From Candidatus Nomurabacteria bacterium (lineage in GTDB: Bacteria > Patescibacteriota > Patescibacteriia > HK-STAS-PATE-3): 64,000 nucleotides of DNA. The translations under genes and the position numbers were made by a program. The DNA lies in assembly GCA_023898465.1 (NCBI GenBank), contig CP060223.1:928001-992000 (forward strand). Direction: 5' to 3'. This document shows, piece by piece, positions 53,531 to 62,267 of the stretch; the first letter of the stretch is position 1; every line of letters begins with the position of its first letter. Below the pieces are notes generated by a model that was not told the DNA's origin, searched no databases, and worked only from the letters and a program-made list of their open reading frames with translations.

Positions 53531-55024
53531 ATGCCCCAAACCGAACAAATCGTTGCGACAAAGACATGGTTGCAAGTGTCTATCAGTAGCACTCTAGCCT
53601 CTTTTATACTCATTTCTTTAACCGGTTTGAGTATGGGGCTTATTTCTTTTCAATCAGATATTTTTCCCATTTTCCAACAGCAAGAAGCGACGAGTCAATA
53701 CGATAATAGCAATTCAGCAAAATTAATATGGACGGCGCCAGGTGATGATGGATATACCGGACAAGCGAGCGGCTATGATATTCGCTATGCTCAGACTCCC
53801 ATTACATCCGCAAGCTGGAGTTCAGCCACTCAGGTAGCCAACACACTGCAACCAAAAGTTGCTGGGGCATCTGAATCGTTTCGAGTGACCGGCCTCCTGT
53901 CCGCCAAAACCTACTATTTTGCAGTGAGGGCGTATGATGAGGTGGGTAACTACGGAGAGATTTCGAATGTACCAAGTATAACGACAGCCTGCTATGTTTC
54001 GTGGTCCTGCGATGAGTGGTCAGCTTGTGTGGACGGTCAGCAGGTGAGGACTTGTAGTGATACAAATAGCTGTGCTTCAGATGAGGGTAGACCAGAGGAA
54101 AGCCGAGCGTGCGGAGCGGGGGGTCCATCACCTGAGCCGATTATTGTGGGTACACATACTGGATATCCGCCACACCTACGGGTGCTAGATAGCAACGGCG
54201 GTCTCATGAGTCAGTTTTATGCCTACGCAGAAAATTTCCGTAACGGGGTAAACTTTTCTTTTGGTGATGTTGATGGTGATGGCAAAAAAGATATCGTCGT
54301 AGGAACCATTGGAAAATCAGCCGCGCATATCCGAATCTTTCGCCAGGATGGAAGCCTCCTTTCGCAATTTTTTGCCTACCCAGCGCAGTGGCGCATAGGA
54401 GTGAGTGTGAGTACCGGTGATCTCGATGGCGACGGAAAGGATGAGATTATTGTTTTACCGAATACTCGCTCGCCTGCCCATGTGCGAATTTTTTCTTACA
54501 CCGGACAATTACAAAATCAATTTTATGTTTTCCCTTCCCAGTGGAGACTGGAATTAAATCTAGAGAGTGGAGATGTAAACGGAGATGGGAAAGACGAGAT
54601 TGTTGTTTCTACTACTGAGGGTTATACGCCGCATGTCCGTATTTTTTCTGGTACTGGTAATTTAGTCGGACAATTTTTTGCCTATGATTTAGGATATCGT
54701 GGTGGGGTCCCGATCGCCACCGGTGACACAAATGGGGACGGGAAGGATGAAATAATTACTGGCACAGGGCCAGGCTATCGACCGCATGTCCGTATACTGG
54801 ATTTAGATGGATCAGTCGTTGGTCAGTTTAATGCCTATGATCCAAATTATCGTGGCGGACTAACACTCTCCTCGACTGATGTGGATGGTGATGGGGTTGA
54901 TGAGGTTATCGTCGGTACTATGCCAGGCTATCCTGCTCATGTGCGAGCGCTTACCAATACCGGCGACCTCGTTAGCCAGTTTTATGCCTATCCGCCTGAA
55001 TGGAAGATTGGAGTGAAGTTGTAA
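53531..55024 (+). CDS. membrane-anchored protein: FN3 domain - Cys-rich module - seven FG-GAP/VCBS repeats (integrin-alpha-type beta-propeller)
   Basis: - FN3: AKLIWTAPGDDGYTGQASGYDIRY…YYFAVRAYDEVGN.
- Cys module: CYVSWSCDEWSACVDGQQVRTCSDTNSCASDEGRPEESRAC.
- Seven repeats of the form GDVDGDGKKDIVVGT…HVRIF. Confidence 0.6.
   Translation: MPQTEQIVATKTWLQVSISSTLASFILISLTGLSMGLISFQSDIFPIFQQQEATSQYDNSNSAKLIWTAPGDDGYTGQASGYDIRYAQTPITSASWSSATQVANTLQPKVAGASESFRVTGLLSAKTYYFAVRAYDEVGNYGEISNVPSITTACYVSWSCDEWSACVDGQQVRTCSDTNSCASDEGRPEESRACGAGGPSPEPIIVGTHTGYPPHLRVLDSNGGLMSQFYAYAENFRNGVNFSFGDVDGDGKKDIVVGTIGKSAAHIRIFRQDGSLLSQFFAYPAQWRIGVSVSTGDLDGDGKDEIIVLPNTRSPAHVRIFSYTGQLQNQFYVFPSQWRLELNLESGDVNGDGKDEIVVSTTEGYTPHVRIFSGTGNLVGQFFAYDLGYRGGVPIATGDTNGDGKDEIITGTGPGYRPHVRILDLDGSVVGQFNAYDPNYRGGLTLSSTDVDGDGVDEVIVGTMPGYPAHVRALTNTGDLVSQFYAYPPEWKIGVKL
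54130..55021 (+). repeat. seven tandem ~130-bp coding repeats (FG-GAP blades)
   Basis: Recurring …GY(P/T)PH(L/V)R(V/I)…G…QF(Y/F)AY…GD(V/L)(D/N)GDGKDEI(V/I)V… units. Confidence 0.7.
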
Positions 55025-55055
55025 TCTAGTTGCAAAGAAAAGCCAGTCTGTATAG

Positions 55056-55211
55056 CTACAGACCGGCTCGGTGGGCGCGCCTTTGCAGGAGGAGATAAGG
55101 AACCAGGAAGAAAAGCGTGCCAAAGGTGAGACCAATGAGCATGCCCACACCAGTGAGCAAGAGGCCACAAAGGCCAAAAACGGCACAGGTCAACAATTTC
55201 AGAATTTTCAT
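55056..55211 (-). CDS. small hydrophobic peptide (51 aa, two TM-like segments); below track cutoff
   Basis: Minus-strand SD GGGAGGG, then 4 nt, then ATG. Translation: MKILKLLTCAVFGLCGLLLTGVGMLIGLTFGTLFFLVPYLLLQRRAHRAGL. Confidence 0.25.
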   Translation of the reverse strand: MKILKLLTCAVFGLCGLLLTGVGMLIGLTFGTLFFLVPYLLLQRRAHRAGL

Positions 55212-55279
55212 GTTTCCCTCCCAGGAGCGCCGCTAGTATAGTACGGCTTATTTGGTATGTAAAATCCCGCACAAGAGCG

Positions 55280-55288
55280 TGCTACAAT
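55280..55288 (+). promoter_or_regulatory. extended -10 element TGCTACAAT, 6 nt before ATG 55295 (leaderless-type)
   Basis: It is identical to the motif at 19736. Confidence 0.4.
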
Positions 55289-55294
55289 ATACTT

Positions 55295-56314
55295 ATGCGC
55301 GCAAAATACTTCTTAGGAGCCCTTATTCTCACCTTCGGGATTGTTGCTTTAGCGTGGTACGTGGGTGATCCTGTCCAATCGGTTGGAGCGGAGGATAAAC
55401 AGACCAAGGAAGCTATTTCACGAGGCTTGGATTTTTTAGCACAAAGCCATCATCCTTATACTTTTGATGATGCGTATTTGCAGTATCTCTACCCAGACGA
55501 GAATCTCTCGTGTCCTTTACCTAATTGTCAGCTTAGTTATCGTCTGCTTGATGCATACTTCGCCGTTGCCATGCTTCGTGATCGATTAAGTGCAAAAGAA
55601 AAGCAGAGCATCCAAGACGTGCTTGAGGAACAAGAGGCAGTTTTTGAAATCCTCTTGCCTACATGGCGCACTGCACCGATCGAAGGCACCTTACGAAGTG
55701 AAGCGGCAAGTAGCGAGAGTGTAGCCTTGGATACCTATTGTCTTCTCGGCTATCTCACTAAAGATAAAGCAATGGCAGAGCACGCATTGGAATATCTCTC
55801 ACCATCAGGCGAGTGGTTTGCAGCTGATCATTTTACTAGTGATCAGTGGCGGAATATTGCTGATGAAACATGGTGCATTCGTTTGCTTGCTGTAACCGAA
55901 ACCTATCCGGAGCAGTTTGCCAACATGGTTGAAACAAAAACTATTGAGGTTCGCGGTTTTCTCCAATCGCAAAAACCGGTCGCTGAAAAAATAGCCGCAG
56001 TCTATCATGTATTGCTTATGATACAAGAGCCGGGAATTACCCAATCAGCCGAACAAATTCCCGTTTTACAAGAGACAGCTGCCGCACTTATTGCGAGCGC
56101 GAGCACACAACTTGATGCGGTGACAATGGCAAACAGTCTTGAAATGTTAACCCTAAGTCACTTTTCCACTGACTCGTATGTGAGTGGCTTACGCGAAGGT
56201 CTCTTGCGATCGCAAAGCACGGACGGTGCGTGGCGTTACGGCGATGACAATCAGTATGCCGTGTTTGCTACCCTTCGCAGTTTATTAGGATTAACCAGTG
56301 ATCGAGTGGAATGA
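55295..56314 (+). CDS. secreted/anchored prenyltransferase-squalene-oxidase-repeat (alpha/alpha-toroid) protein
   Basis: N-terminal TM helix ALILTFGIVALAWYV. The C-terminal repeat DGAWRYGDDNQYAVFATLRSLLGL matches the terpenoid-cyclase/prenyltransferase repeat signature. Confidence 0.45.
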   Translation: MRAKYFLGALILTFGIVALAWYVGDPVQSVGAEDKQTKEAISRGLDFLAQSHHPYTFDDAYLQYLYPDENLSCPLPNCQLSYRLLDAYFAVAMLRDRLSAKEKQSIQDVLEEQEAVFEILLPTWRTAPIEGTLRSEAASSESVALDTYCLLGYLTKDKAMAEHALEYLSPSGEWFAADHFTSDQWRNIADETWCIRLLAVTETYPEQFANMVETKTIEVRGFLQSQKPVAEKIAAVYHVLLMIQEPGITQSAEQIPVLQETAAALIASASTQLDAVTMANSLEMLTLSHFSTDSYVSGLREGLLRSQSTDGAWRYGDDNQYAVFATLRSLLGLTSDRVE

Positions 56315-57180
56315 ATATGAAAAAGATATTTTTACTCGATGTATTTTTTCTCCTAGCACTGCAGTATATTTTTTTTCATGGCCTAGGGGCAACGTATCGC
56401 TGGGTAAACTCCAGCCTCGTACATATTCCCATCTTCCTGGCTTGGTTTAATATACAAATGCTCTTTCTCTGTCTTGCTACACTGGTTTTGGTAATGGTGG
56501 GACTTGCTCTACGCGGAAAATCTTTTGTTTGGTTAGGATTCGAGGCACTTCCTAAAAATACAGTATCAAGTATAGGGTTGTTTATTGCATTGAGTTTTCC
56601 CATTGCGCTCCTTGGTCGATTAATCGTATCTGATTTTGATGCATGGTATGCCAATGGAGCTGGCCTGCTGAGCTGGGCAGGTGTTGGCGCCTTTGTCGTA
56701 ACCTTAGTTTTTTCAGTGTTGAAAGAGGAATTATTGCAACGCTTCATGCAAAGGATGCTCATGGAGCACTTGAGCAACTTGAGTATTGCGATTGTTATGG
56801 CAAGCAGCTTTGCCTTGGCGCACTATTTTACTCCCGTGGCCTATGGCGTCAGCTCAGTGGTGAGTGTAGCGTTTATTGCTTTCCTTCTGGCTGTGCTTTA
56901 TCTCCGTACGAAAAATATACTTGTCACATTCTTTTTTCATTTTTGCTTTAATCTCATTATCACTATTCAGATTAGTTTGCACGCCCGGGGCGATGGCGTA
57001 GGAGAATTCCTGCTTTGGAGTCTTTGGGGATTAGCCTTTCTCTGGACCCTTAAGCCAGCCTGGAAAGCATTACGTGAAAGTTTATCTTTTTCCTCAAGCG
57101 ATCTCCAGCCAAAAACACTTGTATTTCTTACACTCTTTGGATTTCTCCTCCCTCTGCTCTACACCTTTCTGCTGAACTAA
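56311..57180 (+). CDS. CPBP-family intramembrane glutamic endopeptidase (CAAX protease/Abi-like)
   Basis: Motif 1 EELLQR, motif 2 FALAH, motif 3 HFCFN. Eight TM helices. Confidence 0.7.
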   Translation: MNMKKIFLLDVFFLLALQYIFFHGLGATYRWVNSSLVHIPIFLAWFNIQMLFLCLATLVLVMVGLALRGKSFVWLGFEALPKNTVSSIGLFIALSFPIALLGRLIVSDFDAWYANGAGLLSWAGVGAFVVTLVFSVLKEELLQRFMQRMLMEHLSNLSIAIVMASSFALAHYFTPVAYGVSSVVSVAFIAFLLAVLYLRTKNILVTFFFHFCFNLIITIQISLHARGDGVGEFLLWSLWGLAFLWTLKPAWKALRESLSFSSSDLQPKTLVFLTLFGFLLPLLYTFLLN

Positions 57181-57194
57181 GGTACTCTGCAAAT

Positions 57195-59981
57195 ATGGCA
57201 AAAAAGGAAAAAACATTTGTTATCTTTGACGGCAATGCGTTAATTCACCGTTCTTTTCACGCACTTCCGCCCTTAACAATCAAAGATGGACGCATGGTAA
57301 ATGCGGTCTATGGATTTACTGCTGTGCTTTTAAAAGTGGTGAAGGAGTTAAAGCCTGAATACTGGGCAGTAGCCTTTGATGTGTCTGGCCCGACTTTTCG
57401 TCATAAGATGTATAAGGAGTATAAGGCTACTCGGCAAAAAGCACCGCAGGAATTGTATGATCAAATTCCCATGGTGAAACAGGTGGTGGAGAGTTTTCAT
57501 ATCCCTGTTTTAGAAAAAGCCGGCTACGAAGCTGATGATGTGATTGGTACAGCCGTGCATCAAGTAAAAAATGTCAGGAGCATTATTGTGACAGGTGATG
57601 GCGATAGTCTGCAGCTAGTAAGTCCACAGACGCAGGTTTATAAAATCCAAAAGGGTATCACTGACACAAAGCTTTTTGGAGTCGCGGATGTAAAAGAAAA
57701 GTACGGACTCACGCCGGAGCAAATTATTGACTATAAAGCATTGCGCGGTGATCCGTCTGATAATATCCCAGGTGTTCGTGGTATTGGTGAAAAAACCGCA
57801 ACGCAGCTTTTGCAAGACTTCGACACTCTAGAAAAAATATACGCCGCTCTTGATGCAGGAGGGAAGAAAGCAGAGAAAATTTCAGAGCGCATCCAAAAAT
57901 TATTACACGAGCATAAGAAAGAAGCGGAGCTTTCTAAAAAACTAGCCACCATTGATATTGCCATGCCGCTGGAACTTCAACTAGAGGATTGCGCAGTGCA
58001 GCACTATGATCGCAGCGAAGTAGCAAAGCTTTTTCAGGAGTTTGAATTTAAGAGTTTATTAAACCGTTTGCCAGATATCGCGACAAGCGAAAAAAGTTCT
58101 CTAGAGCCTACTAGCACGCAGGCGAGTTTACAGTTTACCACCGAGGCAAGTCCGAAGAAGAAAGTAAAAGATAATGGCGCAACATATCAGTGCATTACCA
58201 CCGAAGCTGGTCTCAAAAAAGTGCTTGAAGAAATAGAAAAGGCGCCTGAGTTAGCGGTTGATACCGAAACCACAGGCGTAGATCCTTTCCGAGATCGCCT
58301 CATTGGTATCAGCCTTTCGTGGAAGCCCGGCCTAGCAGCCTATGTCCCGGTTGATGCTCATCCAGATCTAGTGAAGACTGCTACTTTCAATAAACTGAAA
58401 GGGCTACTGGTCGATACAAATCTTCCGAAGATCGGTCATAATATCAAGTTTGATCTCGAGGTGTTATGCCAAGCCGGTTTAAGCATTGCGCCATTGAGCT
58501 TTGATAGCATGATTGCTGCGTATCTCATTAACTCGGGCACGCGACGCTACGGGCTCGATGATCTGGTGTTCACTGAGTTGGGTTACGAGATGCAGCCAAT
58601 TGAAGAGCTGATCGGCCCGAAAGGCAAAAAGCAAAAAACCATGGATCAGGTGCCGGTAGAAGAAGTATCATGGTATGCCTGTGAAGATGCTGACTACACC
58701 TTACGTCTGGCCCAACATTTGCGAGCAAAGTTAAAGGAGCAAAATATTCTCGGTCTTTTTAGTAAAATTGATATGCCCCTAGTTGGCGTGTTAGCTGAGA
58801 TGGAGCAAAGCGGGATAAAAATTGACGCAGAGTTTTTAGAAAAAATGGGCAAGCAGGTTGGTAAAGATATTGGAAAGTTAGAAAAGAAGATTCATGAGGT
58901 GGCTGGAAGTGAGTTTAATATCCAATCTCCTCTCCAGTTGAAAAAAGTTTTGTTTGAGCAACTTGAGCTTGATACCAGAGGTATCGGCAAAACGAAAACC
59001 GGACTTTCAACTGCGGCAAGTGAATTAGAAAAATTGAAGGACCTGCATCCTATCATTCCACTCATCTTAGAATTTCGTGAATTAGCCAAGTTAAAAAATA
59101 CTTACTTGGATGCCTTACCTGAATTGGTTAATCCAAAAACCGGCCGGGTACACACCGACTTTAATCAGACCATTGCTGCCACCGGGCGTCTCTCCTCGGT
59201 AAATCCTAATTTGCAAAACATTCCTATCCGCACGGAATTAGGCAATGAGATTCGTAAGGCCTTTGTTACCGAGCGTGGCTACCGACTCATTTCCGTTGAC
59301 TACTCGCAGATCGAATTGCGAGTTATTGCATCAATTGCGAATGATCCAAAGATGATTGCTACTTTCCAGCGCGGAGAAGATATTCATACCATGACCGCCA
59401 GTGCTATTCATGATGTGCCGCCAGAAAAGGTGAGCAAAGAGCTGCGTCGTACAGCAAAAGAAGTGAACTTTGGCGTGATCTACGGCCTAGGATATGTAGG
59501 CCTGGCCCAGCGGCAAGGTATTAGCCGAGATGAAGCGCGCGCTTTTATTGAAAAGTATTTTTTCACCTATACCAAAGTGAAAGAGTGGATTGAGCAGACG
59601 AAACTCCTGGCTGCTGAGCAGGGTTATGTTGAGACGCTGTATGGACGACGACGCTACTTACCAGAAATCGTTTCCTCCAATCATATGATCCGAGCGCAGG
59701 CTGAGCGTATTGCGGTCAACATGCCGATCCAGGGCACAGCAGCGGACCTGATGAAACTAGCTATGTTAAAAGTAGCTGAAGAGCTGCCAAAGGAGTTTCC
59801 AAAGGCGCGCATGTTACTCCAAGTACATGACGAGTTGGTATTTGAAGCGCCGGCTGATGAAGCAGAAGCGGTCGCTCGCTTGGTGAAGAAGCTTATGGAA
59901 GAAGTAGCTGAGCTACGTGTGCCAGTCTTAGCCGAAGCAGAAATCGGCTTGAACTGGGGTGAGATGAAGGCATTGGAGTAA
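57195..59981 (+). CDS. polA: DNA polymerase I (5'-3' exonuclease, 3'-5' exo-like and polymerase domains)
   Basis: The N-terminal 5' nuclease has LVIFDGNALIHRSFHA. Polymerase motif A is ISVDYSQIELR, motif B is RRTAKEVNFGVIYG and motif C is VHDELVFE. Confidence 0.9.
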   Translation: MAKKEKTFVIFDGNALIHRSFHALPPLTIKDGRMVNAVYGFTAVLLKVVKELKPEYWAVAFDVSGPTFRHKMYKEYKATRQKAPQELYDQIPMVKQVVESFHIPVLEKAGYEADDVIGTAVHQVKNVRSIIVTGDGDSLQLVSPQTQVYKIQKGITDTKLFGVADVKEKYGLTPEQIIDYKALRGDPSDNIPGVRGIGEKTATQLLQDFDTLEKIYAALDAGGKKAEKISERIQKLLHEHKKEAELSKKLATIDIAMPLELQLEDCAVQHYDRSEVAKLFQEFEFKSLLNRLPDIATSEKSSLEPTSTQASLQFTTEASPKKKVKDNGATYQCITTEAGLKKVLEEIEKAPELAVDTETTGVDPFRDRLIGISLSWKPGLAAYVPVDAHPDLVKTATFNKLKGLLVDTNLPKIGHNIKFDLEVLCQAGLSIAPLSFDSMIAAYLINSGTRRYGLDDLVFTELGYEMQPIEELIGPKGKKQKTMDQVPVEEVSWYACEDADYTLRLAQHLRAKLKEQNILGLFSKIDMPLVGVLAEMEQSGIKIDAEFLEKMGKQVGKDIGKLEKKIHEVAGSEFNIQSPLQLKKVLFEQLELDTRGIGKTKTGLSTAASELEKLKDLHPIIPLILEFRELAKLKNTYLDALPELVNPKTGRVHTDFNQTIAATGRLSSVNPNLQNIPIRTELGNEIRKAFVTERGYRLISVDYSQIELRVIASIANDPKMIATFQRGEDIHTMTASAIHDVPPEKVSKELRRTAKEVNFGVIYGLGYVGLAQRQGISRDEARAFIEKYFFTYTKVKEWIEQTKLLAAEQGYVETLYGRRRYLPEIVSSNHMIRAQAERIAVNMPIQGTAADLMKLAMLKVAEELPKEFPKARMLLQVHDELVFEAPADEAEAVARLVKKLMEEVAELRVPVLAEAEIGLNWGEMKALE

Positions 59982-60022
59982 AGGAAGGAGCCCGAGAAAT
60001 TTCTCAGGCTCCATAGTCGAGT

Positions 60023-60229
60023 TCAGCTCGCATGAGCGAATCGGCGTGCGGCGAGGTCATAGTCAACTTCTTTGGCACAGGTCCGCACCGTCTCGGCGCT
60101 TGCCTGGACAAAAGGCGAGCGGCAACCGGGCTCAGAGCAAGCCTGCACCGTACGGCCAGGTACATCGTGCCGCATGACCGTTCCCTTGCAGCCCTGCACT
60201 ACGCAAGGTCCAACCGTTGTACCCGACAT
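60023..60229 (-). CDS. small Cys-rich hypothetical protein in a GC-rich patch
   Basis: Minus-strand AAGGAGTGAG, then 3 nt, then ATG 60229. 68 aa with GPCVVQGCKG…ACSEPGC…RTC. Confidence 0.25.
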   Translation of the reverse strand: MSGTTVGPCVVQGCKGTVMRHDVPGRTVQACSEPGCRSPFVQASAETVRTCAKEVDYDLAARRFAHAS

Positions 60230-60385
60230 CAACTCACTCCTTTCAGGTCTCACTGTTTCTTGGATATCCGCGAAGCACATGACTCCTCCTCTGCTGCAAG
60301 TCAAAAATGCGCCCCATGAGCTAAAGAGCGTAACATACGACGTCAGATTTACTCATTAGCCTACTTGTGTCAAGATAGCTGAGCT

Positions 60386-61363
60386 ATGATTATCTTCTTG
60401 CACGGTCCAGACACGTATCGTTCAAAGCAGCGCTTACAGGCTTTGCGGACGGCTTTTCAGGAGAAGTATGACAAAGACGGACAGAGTATTGTTCGTCTAC
60501 ACGGGGCTGAATTAAGTGTGGAACAGTTTCGTCAGGCAGTCCATACAGTCGGTCTCTTTAGCCAACGTCGCTGCATTCTTATTGAGGAGCTGCTCGGACA
60601 GGGTAAAGCAGCTGTCCAAGATGGAGTCTTGCAGGCGCTTGAGCAAGATATCGTGCCAAAAGATTTTGTGCTTATTTTTTGGGAAGCTGATTTACCAGTT
60701 GCAAAAGGAAAGGCAGCGCGCGGCGAGAGCGCTTTGCACACATATCTCCTGAAACAAAAAACTGAGACTTTTCCCTTACTCGATATTGCACATGTACATG
60801 GGTGGATTACCCAATATGTGCAAAGCGCTCAGGCAAAGATTGCTCCGGCAGCCGTGCAGCAACTTATTGATCGCATCGGATCTGATTTGTGGCGCATGCA
60901 AAGTGAGCTAGAAAAACTGATTGCCTTAGCCGGAGAAGGAGCGATTAGCGTCGAGCTTACCAAGCAAATAGCTCAACAATCAGCTGAGGTAAAAATCTTT
61001 GCCTTCAGCGATGCGCTGGCCGCGCGCAATCCCAGTCGGGCAATTATTGAGTTACAACGCTTATTACATGATGGCATGCATCCCTTAGCCTTGGTGCAGA
61101 TGATTGCTCGTCAGTTGCAAACGCTACTTCTCGTAGATGAGGCAGCTCAGGACACTCAAAACTCGGCCACGATCGCTAAGCGACTCGGCGTCCACCCTTT
61201 TGTAGCAAAAAAATCGCTCGAGCAGGTTCGTCGCTTCACTCGAGCCGAGCTTCTCACCTTACATGAGCGTTTAGTTGAGCTTGATCACAAACTCAAATCC
61301 AGCCGAGTCGATCCGACCGTGCTGGTTGAGGAATATATACTAGGTTTTTCGACTAAGCGATAG
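60386..61363 (+). CDS. holA: DNA polymerase III delta subunit (HolA-like)
   Basis: MIIFLHGPDTYRSKQRL…, 325 aa, of the AAA+ clamp-loader delta type. Confidence 0.65.
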   Translation: MIIFLHGPDTYRSKQRLQALRTAFQEKYDKDGQSIVRLHGAELSVEQFRQAVHTVGLFSQRRCILIEELLGQGKAAVQDGVLQALEQDIVPKDFVLIFWEADLPVAKGKAARGESALHTYLLKQKTETFPLLDIAHVHGWITQYVQSAQAKIAPAAVQQLIDRIGSDLWRMQSELEKLIALAGEGAISVELTKQIAQQSAEVKIFAFSDALAARNPSRAIIELQRLLHDGMHPLALVQMIARQLQTLLLVDEAAQDTQNSATIAKRLGVHPFVAKKSLEQVRRFTRAELLTLHERLVELDHKLKSSRVDPTVLVEEYILGFSTKR

Positions 61364-61616
61364 TCTTGACCAACTTGCTCAAGCGGGACTTCATTCGACT
61401 GCCGGTGTTTGGTTTGATGACCTTATTTTGGACAGCCTTGTCATAGGCCTTGAGAGCCTTTTTCAAAAAGTCTTGTGCCTGATCTTTTGCTTTGTTGGTA
61501 ACTGCTCGGCGAGTGTGCTTCACAAGATAGCGCAATTCGGTTTTCACCTTATCGTTGCGATCTTTCTTACGAGCATCTTGTCGGAGTGCCTTAGCGGCTG
61601 CTTTAGAGTTTGGCAT
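61353..61616 (-). CDS. rpsT: 30S ribosomal protein S20
   Basis: MPNSKAAAKALRQDARKKDRNDKVKTELRYLVK…. Confidence 0.8.
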   Translation of the reverse strand: MPNSKAAAKALRQDARKKDRNDKVKTELRYLVKHTRRAVTNKAKDQAQDFLKKALKAYDKAVQNKVIKPNTGSRMKSRLSKLVKTIA

Positions 61617-61658
61617 AGCAATAGGTATGAATACGCGGGCCAGTGTACCAGTCAATCC

Positions 61659-62180
61659 TTATTTTGGCAAGTCCTGGGCCGCTGGCGCCTTTCCTTTACC
61701 ATTTTGGAACTGTTTTTTGAGGATAGATGATTTAAACTCCTCAGGTCGATACGCATCAATCCGGACAATCGAGCAGCGGAGGCGACGGCGTTTTAATTCG
61801 CGTTTTAGGTTTCGGGTAAAGGCTTTTTGATCATAGCCAAGCGCAATAACATCTGGTCGATAGTCATCAAGGACGCGATAGACATGGCGTTCATTGCCCA
61901 GGACAGCCTTAGTGACCGGCTTCAAGCGCTCGACTGAAATCCGACGCGTTTCTTCATCCCGGAGCGGCCAGGCCTTTTTCACGGTCAGCACAGTGCGATC
62001 ACGACCAACTACCACGATGAGCTCTTCACCATGCTTGCGGGCCTGCTCTAGGTAGTACTTGTGTCCAGGGTGGAGTAAATCAAAAGTGCCAAATGCTAAG
62101 ACCCGTCGTTTCCGACTCTGATTTCGGGGCATTGTACGCGGCATTTGAGTTGTAGTATTTGGGGTAGGCATTGCGTGCAC
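61659..62180 (-). CDS. cytidylyltransferase-like nucleotidyltransferase (HxGH; RibL/FMN-adenylyltransferase- or TagD-like); true start probably internal Met (~62132)
   Basis: RVLAFGTFDLLHPGH contains the (T/H)xGH motif of the nucleotidyltransferase alpha/beta phosphodiesterase superfamily. Confidence 0.5.
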   Translation of the reverse strand: MHAMPTPNTTTQMPRTMPRNQSRKRRVLAFGTFDLLHPGHKYYLEQARKHGEELIVVVGRDRTVLTVKKAWPLRDEETRRISVERLKPVTKAVLGNERHVYRVLDDYRPDVIALGYDQKAFTRNLKRELKRRRLRCSIVRIDAYRPEEFKSSILKKQFQNGKGKAPAAQDLPK

Positions 62181-62267
62181 GAGTGTAGCATAAAAAGGAA
62201 AAGTGGCAAGCTGTAGGGACTGATAAGAGTCTATCCTAAGTCCCGACTTGAATCACTTCCTATTTTG

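Noticed and set aside
54988-55272. 94-aa and 108-aa minus-strand ORFs overlapping the end of the FG-GAP gene and the intergenic region
   Set aside because: They overlap the 3' end of a confidently called gene with no SD. Only the separate 51-aa frame with a GGGAGGG SD was retained, at low confidence.
60032-60359. Two overlapping 95-aa + strand ORFs in the polA-holA GC-rich patch
   Set aside because: They overlap each other in different frames with no SD and are likely frame noise in GC-rich DNA. The minus-strand Cys-rich ORF with an SD was kept at low confidence instead.
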